NCBI GenBank assembly: GCA_963775425.1
Contig: CAVZJB010000013.1
Location: 96,001 to 160,000 of the forward strand
DNA from: an uncultured delta proteobacterium
GTDB taxonomy: Bacteria > Myxococcota > UBA727 > VGSZ01
DNA length: 64,000 bases
Direction of reading: 5' to 3'
Below are positions 29,564 through 38,790 of the stretch, in pieces. The stretch's first letter is position 1, and every line of letters begins with the position of its first letter. Made by a program: the position numbers and the translations under genes. Under the pieces are notes generated by a model, which saw nothing but the letters and a program-made list of their open reading frames with translations, had not been told where the DNA came from and ran no database searches.

Positions 29564-30082
29564 ATGCGTCTGCTTGCCCTCCTCGGCCTGCTCCTCCCCT
29601 GCGTCGCGTGCGACCAGTTCGCCAAGGTGCTCGCCGTCGATCACCTGCGCGGCGCCGGCGAGGTGCGCGTCGTCGACGGGCTCTTCCGCCTGATCTACGC
29701 CGAGAACCCCGGCGCGTTCCTCGGCCTCGGCCGCGGGCTCCCCGAGGGCTGGCGCGTGGCGCTCTTCGTCGCGGGCGCGTCCCTGATGCTCCTCGCGGCG
29801 GCGGTGGTGGTGGTGCGCAAGAGGCTGGCGCTGCCCCTGTTCGTCGGCGTGGCGCTCCTGGTCGCCGGCGGCGTCGGCAACATCGTCGATCGCGTGTCGC
29901 GCCCCGGCGGCCGCGTCGTCGACTTCGCCCAGCTCGGCGTGCCCACGCCCTGGGGCCCGCTGCAGACCGGCATCTTCAACGTCGCCGACCTGCAGATCGT
30001 GGCCGGCGCCGCCGCCGTGGTGTGGTTCGCCCGCAAGAAGAAGAACCCCGCGGCGGCCCCGCTCGTATCCGATCCGGAGTGA
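29564..30082 (+). CDS. lspA: Lipoprotein signal peptidase II
   Basis: DQFAK, ENPGAFLG, GGVGNIVDR, VVDF, IFNVAD. Confidence 0.93.
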   Translation: MRLLALLGLLLPCVACDQFAKVLAVDHLRGAGEVRVVDGLFRLIYAENPGAFLGLGRGLPEGWRVALFVAGASLMLLAAAVVVVRKRLALPLFVGVALLVAGGVGNIVDRVSRPGGRVVDFAQLGVPTPWGPLQTGIFNVADLQIVAGAAAVVWFARKKKNPAAAPLVSDPE

Positions 30083-30230
30083 GCCGCCCGCCGCCGCGGC
30101 GGACCCGGTCGTCCGGTCGCTGATCCGTGCGCGCTGCACTGTGTGATCCGGCGCGCATCACGGCGCGCGCGAAGCTCGCGTACCCCCTGCGATTCCGCTG
30201 GCCGCTCACACACAACCGAGGTCACCCACC

Positions 30231-31697
30231 ATGCTGCGTCTGCACGCCGTGTCATCTCTCGTTTTGCTCGCCGCGCTCACCGCGTGCGGCGCGCCGGCCT
30301 CCCAGTCCCGCCGGCCGACGGCGCCGCCCCCGGCCGTCGACGACAACAACAACAACGACAACAACAACAACAACGACAACAACAACGACAACAACGACAC
30401 GCCCGTCACCGGGCCGCGCCGGATCACCGTGCAGCTTCAAAACGTCGCGCCGTGGACCGTCGCCAAGTCCGGCGTGATCGACACGCCCGTCGGCGCCACC
30501 GCCGCGGGACCGCTGCGCAGCGGTGAGGCGTACGAGGTCACGTTCACCGCGGGCAAGAGTCAGCGCGTGAGCTTCGCCATGATGTTCGGCGCGTCCAACG
30601 ACTGGTTCTACGGCTCGCCGGAGGGCGGCATCGCCCTGTACGACAACAACGGCGTGCCCCTCACGCAGGACGTGACCCCGAACGTTCGGCTCTACGACGC
30701 GGGCACCGAGATCGACGAGGAGCCCGGCGTCGGGGCGTCCACCGGGCCGCGGCAGCCCTCGCCCGACGACGGCGCCGCAGATCCGGTGAGCATCGTCCGC
30801 GCCGTGTCGAACCCGGTCCAGCTCACGGACGGGACGATGTTCACGCTGCCCGCCGTGAGCGCCGTCCTCCACGTCACCATCACCCCCGTGGGCGACCGCG
30901 CCTTCAAGCTGCGCGTCGAGAACGTGTCGCCCGCCGGCGCGCTCTCGACGACCGAAGGCCCGAAGGACATCGCGCTGTCCCCCGGCGTCTGGGTGGTGCA
31001 CGGCGCCGGCGACCCGCTGTTCACGACGGGCGAGCCGGACCGCGGCGAGGGCCTCGAGCTGATCGCCGAGTCGGGCCGCGTGCAGATGCTCGCGAGCGGG
31101 CTGGCGGAGAAGTCCGGCGTGGCGACGCCGTTTTCGCCCGGCGCGTACGTGGTGCACCAGTCCGGCGAGCCGCTGTTCAGCGTCGGCCAGCCCGACCGCG
31201 GCCTCGGCCTCGAGCAGCTCGCCGAGTCGGGCAACGTGAGCGTGCTCGACGACTCGCTCGGCACGGTGTTCCCCGAGGGCGCCTCGCTCAAGGCGGTGTT
31301 CAACACCGTCGACGGCGCCGACGGCCCCGGCCCGCTGCGCCCCGGCCAGACCTACTCGTTCTCCTTCGTCGCGAGCCCCGGCGACCGCCTCTCGTTCGCC
31401 TCGATGTTCGGCGCGTCCAACGACTGGATCGTGGGCACGCCCGCGGACGGCATCCCGCTCTTCGATGAAAACGGCGTCGCGCTCGAGGGCGACCACACCG
31501 CGGAGCTGAGCTTCTACGACGTCGGCACCGAGATCAACGAGGAGCCCGGCGTCGGCGCGCACACCGGCCCGAACCAGACCTCGCCCGACGACGGCCCCGC
31601 CGACCCCGACGACCTGGTCCGCGTGGTGAGCACGTCGGACTACCCGCTGCCGGTGGCGGCGCACCTCGCGCTCTCCATCACCGCCGAAGCGCTCTGA
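30231..31697 (+). CDS. Spondin-domain lipoprotein with internal duplication and Asn/Asp run
   Basis: LTAC lipobox; two copies of SFAxMFGASNDW...YDxGTEIxEEPGVG; (aac/gac)n at 30339-30398. Confidence 0.85.
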   Translation: MLRLHAVSSLVLLAALTACGAPASQSRRPTAPPPAVDDNNNNDNNNNNDNNNDNNDTPVTGPRRITVQLQNVAPWTVAKSGVIDTPVGATAAGPLRSGEAYEVTFTAGKSQRVSFAMMFGASNDWFYGSPEGGIALYDNNGVPLTQDVTPNVRLYDAGTEIDEEPGVGASTGPRQPSPDDGAADPVSIVRAVSNPVQLTDGTMFTLPAVSAVLHVTITPVGDRAFKLRVENVSPAGALSTTEGPKDIALSPGVWVVHGAGDPLFTTGEPDRGEGLELIAESGRVQMLASGLAEKSGVATPFSPGAYVVHQSGEPLFSVGQPDRGLGLEQLAESGNVSVLDDSLGTVFPEGASLKAVFNTVDGADGPGPLRPGQTYSFSFVASPGDRLSFASMFGASNDWIVGTPADGIPLFDENGVALEGDHTAELSFYDVGTEINEEPGVGAHTGPNQTSPDDGPADPDDLVRVVSTSDYPLPVAAHLALSITAEAL

Positions 31698-31715
31698 CCG
31701 TCGCGGCCCGACGGG

Positions 31716-31754
31716 CGCGCGCCCCCCTTTCGCCGCCGGCGCAAGGGGGGCGCG
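31716..31754. terminator. GC-rich hairpin after the spondin gene
   Basis: cgcgcccccctt ... aaggggggcgcg inverted repeat; no long U-tract. Confidence 0.45.
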
Positions 31755-31795
31755 GCCGCGTTGGCACCGGCGGTTCCTGCGGCTATGGGCGCGGC

Positions 31796-32659
31796 ATGCC
31801 CTCGTGGACCCTGCCGCTCGTCGGACCCGGGCTCGCCGTCGACCTGTCGCGGCCGCGCGATCTGTCGGTGCGCGTCACGCCGGCCGTCGCGGGGGTGGCG
31901 CCCGCGGGCCGCGCGTTCGGCCTGCCCGCCGCCAGGGCCCGCGCCGTCGAGGTCGGCGGCTTCGTCGGCGACGTCCGCCGCGGCGGCTCGTGCAACTGCG
32001 AGACCTGGGAGATCACGCCGCACGGCGACGGCACCCACACCGAGGGCGTCGGCCACCTGCTCGAGGAGCGTGTCCACGTCGTCGACCTCGTCGATCAGGT
32101 GCTCCTGCCGACGCTCGTCGTCACCGTGACACCGGCGCGCCTCGAGGACGTGCAGGACGACGTCGCCGGCAACCACGGCCCCGACGACCTCGTCGTCGAC
32201 GAGCTGTCCTTGCGCGAGGCCCTCGACGACGCCGAGTCCCGCGCGCCGGCGTGGTTCGCGCCGCACGCCCTCGTGGTGCGCACCGCGCCCGGCGAGGAGC
32301 GGCGGCGCGCGCGCTTCACCGGCGGAAACCCGCCCTACTTCAGCGTCGACGCGGCGGCCCTCGTGCACGCGCGCGGCTATGCGCACCTGCTCGTCGACCT
32401 GCCGAGCCTCGATCGCGAGGACGACGGCGGGCTCCTCGCCGCCCACCGCGCCTTCTTCGACCTGCCACCGCGCGCCACGCACCTGTCGGGGGCGGCGCCG
32501 CGCTCGTCGGTGACGGAGCTCGTCGCCGTCGACAGCGACGTCGAAGACGGCGCCTGGGCCCTCAACCTCCAGCTCGCTCCCCTCGCGGCCGACGCGGTGC
32601 CGTCGCGCCCGCTCCTCTTTCCGCTCGTCGCACAGGCGCCGAGCTGGTTGCGCTCATGA
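31796..32659 (+). CDS. kynB: Cyclase-family protein, probable kynurenine formamidase
   Basis: PHGDGTHTE, HLLVDLPSLDREDDGGLLAAH, DAVPSRP; translationally coupled to kynU. Confidence 0.75.
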   Translation: MPSWTLPLVGPGLAVDLSRPRDLSVRVTPAVAGVAPAGRAFGLPAARARAVEVGGFVGDVRRGGSCNCETWEITPHGDGTHTEGVGHLLEERVHVVDLVDQVLLPTLVVTVTPARLEDVQDDVAGNHGPDDLVVDELSLREALDDAESRAPAWFAPHALVVRTAPGEERRRARFTGGNPPYFSVDAAALVHARGYAHLLVDLPSLDREDDGGLLAAHRAFFDLPPRATHLSGAAPRSSVTELVAVDSDVEDGAWALNLQLAPLAADAVPSRPLLFPLVAQAPSWLRS

Positions 32660-34002
32660 CGAACCCCGAAGAGCGGGGGGCAATCCCCCGCGCCACGCTC
32701 GCCTCTGCCCGCGCGCTCGACGAGGCCGATCCCCTGCGGCGCTTCCGGGAGCGGTTCGCGTTCCCGCAGCACGAGGGCAAGGACGCCGTCTACCTCGTCG
32801 GCAACTCGCTCGGGCTCATGCCCAAGGCCACGCGCGACGCCGTCAACCAGGAGCTCGACGCGTGGGCCGCCCTCGGGGTCGAGGGACACTTCGCGCGTTC
32901 GTCGTCGTCGGGCGCCGCTCCCATCGAGCCGTGGTTTTCGTACCACGAGCTGTTCGCGAAGCGCGGCGCCGCGCTCGTGGGCGCCACGCCGGGCGAGGTG
33001 GTGGCCATGGGCTCGCTCACCACCAACCTGCACCTGTTGATGGTGAGCTTCTATCGGCCGACGTCGACCCGCTACAAGATCGTCGTCGAGCCGCGGCCGT
33101 TTCCGTCGGACCGCTACGCCGTCCTGTCTCAAGGCCACTTCCACGGCCACGACGACGCGCTCGTGGAGCTGCAGCCGCGCGACGGCGAAGATCTGTTGCG
33201 GACCGAGGACGTGCTGCGCTTCATCGACGAGCACGGCGACGAGGTCGCGCTCTTCTTGATGGCCGGCGTGAACTTCTACACGGGCCAGCTCTTCGACATC
33301 CGCGCCATCACGCGAGCCGCGCGCAACAAGGGCATCGTGGTCGGCTGGGACCTCGCCCACGCCGCCGGCAACGCACCGCTCTCGCTGCACGACGACGACG
33401 TCGACTTCGCCGCGTGGTGCACCTACAAGTACCTGAGCTCCGGGCCCGGCAGCGTCGCCATGGCGTTCGTGCACGAGCGGCACGCGCGCGACTTCGCGCT
33501 GCCGCGCTTTTGGGGCTGGTGGGGCAACGACCCGGCCACCCGCTTCGTGATGGGCCCCGACTATCAGCCGCAGCCCGGCGCCGCCGGCTGGCAGATCTCG
33601 AACGCGCCGGTGCTGTCCATGGCCGCGCTGCACGCGTCGCTCGCGATCTTCGACGAGGCCGGCATGCCCGCGCTGCGCAAGAAGTCGGAGGCGCTCACCG
33701 CGTTTCTGCTCGAGCAGCTCGACGGGCCCGGCGACGCGGGAGGCAAGCCTTCGCCCGCCGGTGGGCGCGCAGGGATCCCCGGCGTCACGTGCATCACCCC
33801 GCGCGATCCCGCCGCGCGCGGCGCCCAGCTCTCGCTGCGCACCGAGGGCAAAGACGCCGCCGCGCTGGCCAAGGCGCTCCTCGCCAAAGGCGTCTACGTC
33901 GACGAGCGCCGGCCCGACGTCATCCGCGTGGCGCCGGTGCCGCTTTACTGCACGTTCGAAGACTGCGTCCGCTTCGCCCACACCCTTCGGGAGTGCCTGT
34001 GA
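32656..34002 (+). CDS. kynU: Kynureninase
   Basis: YLVGNSLGLMP, FPSDRYA, GWDLAHAAGN, WCTYKYLSSGPG, GWWG. Confidence 0.97.
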   Translation: MTNPEERGAIPRATLASARALDEADPLRRFRERFAFPQHEGKDAVYLVGNSLGLMPKATRDAVNQELDAWAALGVEGHFARSSSSGAAPIEPWFSYHELFAKRGAALVGATPGEVVAMGSLTTNLHLLMVSFYRPTSTRYKIVVEPRPFPSDRYAVLSQGHFHGHDDALVELQPRDGEDLLRTEDVLRFIDEHGDEVALFLMAGVNFYTGQLFDIRAITRAARNKGIVVGWDLAHAAGNAPLSLHDDDVDFAAWCTYKYLSSGPGSVAMAFVHERHARDFALPRFWGWWGNDPATRFVMGPDYQPQPGAAGWQISNAPVLSMAALHASLAIFDEAGMPALRKKSEALTAFLLEQLDGPGDAGGKPSPAGGRAGIPGVTCITPRDPAARGAQLSLRTEGKDAAALAKALLAKGVYVDERRPDVIRVAPVPLYCTFEDCVRFAHTLRECL

Positions 34003-35307
34003 CCTCCACGGCTGCACCCGCGCGCGACAAGCGCATCACCATCGCCGGCGCCGGCCTCGTCGGCTCCCTCCTCGCCATCCTCCTCGCCCGCCGCGGCTAC
34101 CGGGTCACCGTCGTCGAGCGCCGGCCGGACCCGCGCTCGGGGAACGTCGTCGGCGGGCGCTCCATCAACCTGGCGCTCTCCGATCGCGGGCTGCTCGCCC
34201 TCGAGCGCGCCGGCATCGCCGACGACGTCGCGGCCGTCGCCATCCCCATGCGAGGCCGCCTGGTACATCCGCTCGGCGGACCGACCTCGCTGTTGCCGTA
34301 CGGGACGGCGGGGCAGGCCATCAACTCGGTCTCCCGCGGCGGCCTCAACACCACGCTCATCGAGCTCGCCGCGCGCGAGAAGAACGTGACGCTGCGCTTC
34401 GGCGAGAAGTGGCAGGGCTCCGTCCGCGACGTCGGCGACGACGAGATCTCTGATCGGCGCCGACGGCGCCTTCTCCGCGGTGCGCCTGTCGATGCAGACG
34501 CAGACCGATCGCTTCGACTACAGCCAGGACTACCTGGCGCACGGCTACAAGGAGCTGTCCATCCCGCCGGGGCCGGGCGGCGCGTTTCAGCTCGACAAGA
34601 ACGCGCTGCACATCTGGCCGCGCTCGAGCTTCATGCTCATCGCCCTGCCGAACCTCGACGGCAGCTTCACCTGCACGCTGTTCCTCGAGCTCGACACCTT
34701 CGCCCAGGCCGACAAGGCGTGGTTCGCCGCGCAGTTCCCCGACGCGCTCGCGTTGATGCCCGACTTCGACGCGCAGTGGGAGACGAACCCGGTGTCGTCG
34801 CTGGTGACGGTGCGCTGCTACCCGTGGTCCTACGCGGGCCGCGCGCTCCTCGTCGGCGACGCCGCCCACGCCATCGTGCCCTTCTACGGCCAGGGCATGA
34901 ACGCGGGCTTCGAAGACTGCCGCGTGCTCATGGACACCCTCGAGCAGTGCGCGCTCCCGAGCGGGGCCGACGACTGGCCCGCCGCCCTGTCGCGCTTCGA
35001 GCGCGAGCACAAGCAAAACGCCGACGCCATCGCCCACCTCGCCGTCGAGAACTTCGTCGAGATGCGGGACAAGGTCGCGGATCCGGTGTTCTTGAAGAAG
35101 CGCGCGCTCGAGCGGCGGTTGGCCGCGCTGCTGCCCGGCAAGGTGGTTCCTCTGTACACCATGGTCACGTTTTCGCCGCGGCTCCCCTACGCCGAGGCGC
35201 TCCGTCGAGGACGGGCGCAGCAGCGCGTGCTCGACGTGGCCGCGGAGCGCCCCGACGTCGACGACGCCACTCTCCGGACGTTGGCCCTGGAATTGCTCGA
35301 GAATTGA
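33999..35307 (+). CDS. kmo: Kynurenine 3-monooxygenase, split by a +1 frameshift near 34450
   Basis: GAGLVG, GRSINLALSDRG, LIGADGAFSAVR (other frame), GYKELSIP, ALHIWPR, GDAAHAIVPFYGQGMNAGFED. Confidence 0.92.
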
Positions 35308-35343
35308 CCGGCGTCGCCCCTCACCCGTAATGTGTGGGCGACC

Positions 35344-36138
35344 ATGGCATTCCCGCCTCGCCCCACCGCGAAGCCGCCGGCGGCAGCGCAAAAATCTGCG
35401 TCAGGCGGCGGCGCGACCAAAGCGCACCCGAAGGTGGGCGCCGACGGCAAGCTCGCCAAAAAGGAGCTGATCGAGCAGTTCACGCCGTTCGTGCGCGGCA
35501 TCGCCGCCAAGATCAAGAAGTCGCTGGCGAAGAACATCGAGTTCGACGACCTCGTCGCGTACGGCATGGCGGGCCTCCTCGAGGCCGCCGAGCGCTACGA
35601 CCCCAAGATGGGCGCGAACTTCATGACCTTCAGCTACTACCGCATCCGCGGCGCCATCTACGACGGCCTGCGCGGCATGGGCTGGGTCAACCGCACCGAG
35701 TACCAGAAGATCCGCTTCGAGGAGCGCGCCACGGCGTACCTCGAGAACCACGCGTCGCGAGAGACCGTCGGCGGCGGCGACACCAACAAGAGCGTGGAGG
35801 ACAACGTCGAGGAGCTGGCGGCGCAGGTGTCCCAGCTCGTCACGATCTACGTGACCTCGCTCGAGGCGATGGAAGATCTGCAGGTCGAGGACAAGGAGCG
35901 CATGCCCCTCGACGATCGCTTCGCCGACGTCGAGATGAAGCGGCACGTGCGCGACGCGATGGCCAAGCTCCCCCAGGCGGATCGCGAGATCATCCAGATG
36001 TACTACTTCAAGGAGCTCTCGCTGCAGGAGGTGGGCAACCGCCTCGGCCTGTCCAAGTCCTGGACCTCGCGTCGTCACGCGCAGGCCATCGAGCGGCTCA
36101 CCAAGCTCCTGCAGGAGATCTTGAAGGGCTCCACGTAG
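35344..36138 (+). CDS. FliA/WhiG (sigma28-group) RNA polymerase sigma factor
   Basis: DDLVAYGMAGLLEAAERYDP, YYRIRGAIYDGLR, YYFKELSLQEVGNRLGLSKSWTSRRH. Confidence 0.93.
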   Translation: MAFPPRPTAKPPAAAQKSASGGGATKAHPKVGADGKLAKKELIEQFTPFVRGIAAKIKKSLAKNIEFDDLVAYGMAGLLEAAERYDPKMGANFMTFSYYRIRGAIYDGLRGMGWVNRTEYQKIRFEERATAYLENHASRETVGGGDTNKSVEDNVEELAAQVSQLVTIYVTSLEAMEDLQVEDKERMPLDDRFADVEMKRHVRDAMAKLPQADREIIQMYYFKELSLQEVGNRLGLSKSWTSRRHAQAIERLTKLLQEILKGST

Positions 36139-36200
36139 GGCGGGGGCTCGTCCCTCGCCTTTTCCCGCATCTGTCGTACGCCGCCCGGCCGACGTCCGCC

Positions 36201-36220
36201 CACAAGGTCGCACCCGATAT
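36201..36220 (+). promoter_or_regulatory. CACAAGGT-N6-CGATAT motif, 7 nt upstream of ATG 36228
   Basis: Same motif with the same spacing upstream of the paralogous gene; CGATAT resembles the sigma28 -10 GCCGATAA. Confidence 0.6.
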
Positions 36221-36227
36221 CGGGAGC

Positions 36228-37121
36228 ATGAGCCTGTTGGGAAAAGTCGCCGCGGTCGAGCGCTTGGTGGTTCACGCCTTCGACCCGGCGACCTCCCGCA
36301 GGCCGGCGACGACGCACGCCGCGGACAGGATGGAGGCGCCGAAGAAGAGGCGGGCGCCGACGACGTGGTGGGCGGGCCGGCCGCTGTCCGAGGGGAAGAA
36401 CGCGCACAAGACCAACACGCGCGAGCAGTTCTCCGCGGCGATGAAGGACGGCAGCAACTGGTTCGAGGGCGACATCCGCAAGGAGCTGCACGGCGACCGC
36501 GTGGAGATGCGCCACGACAAGGGCCCCGAGACCGGCGACAACCTCACGCTCAAGGAGTGGCTCGCCATGGGCAAGGCGAGCGGGCGCGGGCTGAAGCTCG
36601 ACGTCAAGGACAGCGATCAGCTCCCCGAGATCATCAAGGAGACCAAGGCCGCCGGGATCCCGAGCGGCCGCCTGATGTTCAACCTCGGCGACGGCGAGCT
36701 CGACACCTACGGCAAGCAGATCCGCAAGGAATTCCCCCATGCCGTCATGGCGATCAACACGCGCGAAGACGGCGACAAGATGGACGGCGCCGAGGTCAAG
36801 CGCATGATCGCCCACGCCAAACAGCTCGGGCAGCCGGCGACCTTCGTCGTGCGCTACGACCGGCTCACCGACGACGCCATCAAGAAGCTCCACGGCCACG
36901 GCACCATCTCGGTGTGGAACGACACCGGCCGGGGCGGCGTCTCCAAGGGCGACATCGAGCGCGTCACGCGCTCGCTGCGCCGCCGCGGCGTCGACGGCAT
37001 GATCGACATCCGCCCGAGCGAGTCGACGCTCGACAAGATCAAGGGCGGCATCGACCACGCGAAGAACGCGGCCGGCGAGTGGATCCACGGCGCGGCCGAC
37101 ACCATCACCAGCATCTTGTGA
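36228..37121 (+). CDS. FAM151/menorin (DUF2181)-like PLC-like phosphodiesterase, copy 1
   Basis: AHKTN, WFEGDI, MRHD, DNLTLKEWL, GLKLDVKD. Confidence 0.8.
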   Translation: MSLLGKVAAVERLVVHAFDPATSRRPATTHAADRMEAPKKRRAPTTWWAGRPLSEGKNAHKTNTREQFSAAMKDGSNWFEGDIRKELHGDRVEMRHDKGPETGDNLTLKEWLAMGKASGRGLKLDVKDSDQLPEIIKETKAAGIPSGRLMFNLGDGELDTYGKQIRKEFPHAVMAINTREDGDKMDGAEVKRMIAHAKQLGQPATFVVRYDRLTDDAIKKLHGHGTISVWNDTGRGGVSKGDIERVTRSLRRRGVDGMIDIRPSESTLDKIKGGIDHAKNAAGEWIHGAADTITSIL

Positions 37122-37261
37122 GCCTCGCGCCCGCGCGTCGCCCCGCACATCGAGTGCGCGCGCGCGAGCGGAGCGCCCACGACGGCGTGTGGGTGCATGT
37201 ACGGCGACGTGGGTGACGTGGGGTCCGGCAGTGATCTTCCCCCCAATGCCTGAGGTCCACA

Positions 37262-37281
37262 CACAAGGTGCGAGGCGATAT
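37262..37281 (+). promoter_or_regulatory. CACAAGGT-N6-CGATAT motif, 7 nt upstream of ATG 37289
   Basis: Second copy of the motif at 36201. Confidence 0.6.
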
Positions 37282-37288
37282 TGAAGCC

Positions 37289-38074
37289 ATGACCCGCGTG
37301 AACTCCTTCCGGACCAACACGACGAGCAGCCTCAAGCGCCCCAAGGGCCGCGACCCGAACACGTGGTGGTGGAACCGCCCGTTGTCGGAGGCCAAGACGG
37401 CCGCGCGGACCAACACGCGACAGCAGATGTCGCAGGCGCTTCAATCGAACGCCAACTGGCTCGAGGGCGAGGTGCGCCGCGAGCTGAACGGCGGCCGCCT
37501 GCAGATGCGCCACAGCACGGGGCCGGAGCCGGGCGAGAGCCTGAGCCTCGACGAGTGGCTGGCGCTCGGCCGCGCCGCCGGCCGCGGGCTGAAGCTCGAC
37601 GTCAAGGAGCCCCAGGCCATCGACCAGGCGGTGCGCCAGGTGAAGGCCGCGGGCGTCCCGAGCGAGCGCCTGATGTGGAGCGTCGGCGACGCCGCGATGT
37701 CGACGTGGGGCGCCAAGCTCCGCCAGCAGTTCCCGCGCGCCATCCTCGCCATCTACCCGAGCGGCGAGAAGCGCCTCAACAGCGCCGACGTCGCCCGCCT
37801 GATCTCGCTCGCCAAGCGCGGCGCCGGCGGCCCCATCGCCTTCGTCATCCACGCCGACCGCCTCACCGACGAGTCCATCGAGGCGCTCAAGGCCTTCGGC
37901 AAGGTCTGCGTGTGGAGCCAGGCCGGCCGCTTCCCGAAGGAAGACCTGCTCGAGGTCGCCGACGAGTTCCGCGATCGCGGCGTCGACGGCAGCATCGAGC
38001 TGCAGCGCAACGCGCCGCTCGTGGTGAGCGGCGTGCGCGACGCCTACACGAGCGGCGGCGCCCTCAGGCGCTGA
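37289..38074 (+). CDS. FAM151/menorin-like protein, copy 2 (first His lost)
   Basis: Clear paralog: TWWWNRPLSEAK, ARTNT, WLEGEV, MRHS, GLKLDVKE. Confidence 0.8.
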   Translation: MTRVNSFRTNTTSSLKRPKGRDPNTWWWNRPLSEAKTAARTNTRQQMSQALQSNANWLEGEVRRELNGGRLQMRHSTGPEPGESLSLDEWLALGRAAGRGLKLDVKEPQAIDQAVRQVKAAGVPSERLMWSVGDAAMSTWGAKLRQQFPRAILAIYPSGEKRLNSADVARLISLAKRGAGGPIAFVIHADRLTDESIEALKAFGKVCVWSQAGRFPKEDLLEVADEFRDRGVDGSIELQRNAPLVVSGVRDAYTSGGALRR

Positions 38075-38477
38075 AGCTCGAGCCGCACCCGCAGGTGCGC
38101 TTGGCGTTGGGGTTGTTGAACTTGAAGCCGTTGCCCTGGAGCGTCTCGACGTAGTCGAGCTCCGTGCCCTTCAAGTAGCTCGCCGAGAAGGCGTCGGTGA
38201 CGATCTTGAGCTCGTTGACGAGCACGAGGATGTCCTCGTCGTCGACCTCGTCGGTGAAGTTGAGGCTGTACTGGAAGCCGGAGCAGCCGCCGCCCTTCAC
38301 GCCCACGCGCAGGAAGTCGCCGTCTTCGCCCTGGGTCTCCTCGAGGGCGGCGCGGATCATCTCGAGCGCCTTGTCGGTCATGACGATGGGGAACTCCGTC
38401 CGGGCCACCGTCTCACCGGGGAAGTCGGCCGGGGCGGGGGTCTTCTTGAAGCTGGTGAGCGCGACGGTTTCGGACAC
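38064..38477 (-). CDS. A-type Fe-S carrier (IscA/ErpA/HesB family)
   Basis: LRVGVKGGGCSGFQY, GFKFNNPNAKRTCGCGSSF; GGAGG RBS. Confidence 0.95.
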   Translation of the reverse strand: MSETVALTSFKKTPAPADFPGETVARTEFPIVMTDKALEMIRAALEETQGEDGDFLRVGVKGGGCSGFQYSLNFTDEVDDEDILVLVNELKIVTDAFSASYLKGTELDYVETLQGNGFKFNNPNAKRTCGCGSSFSA

Positions 38478-38544
38478 GGTGTGCCTCCCTCGAAGGTCAA
38501 AGCGAATGGTAGCGAGTGGCTGGCGGGGACGCCAGGACTGTCGG

Positions 38545-38730
38545 TCAGCTCTCGGCGGCCTCGTCGTCGACGGTGACGCCGACGTCGACGGGGCGGCCGG
38601 GGATGGCGTAGACGCCGCCGAGCCACTTTTGGAGGTCCACCAGCTTGCACCGCTCGGAGCAGAAGGGCGCAAAGCGGGTGCGGGTGTGGACCTCGCACTT
38701 GCACGACGGGCAACGCGGCTGGCTCGACAT
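38545..38730 (-). CDS. yacG: DNA gyrase inhibitor YacG
   Basis: CPSC...PFCSERCKLVDLQKWLGGVYAIPG. Confidence 0.93.
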   Translation of the reverse strand: MSSQPRCPSCKCEVHTRTRFAPFCSERCKLVDLQKWLGGVYAIPGRPVDVGVTVDDEAAES

Positions 38731-38790
38731 TCGTGATCCTCGTCTCAACTCTGCTAGCTTGGCGATGTCCTCGCAAGCGGAGACGCGGAC

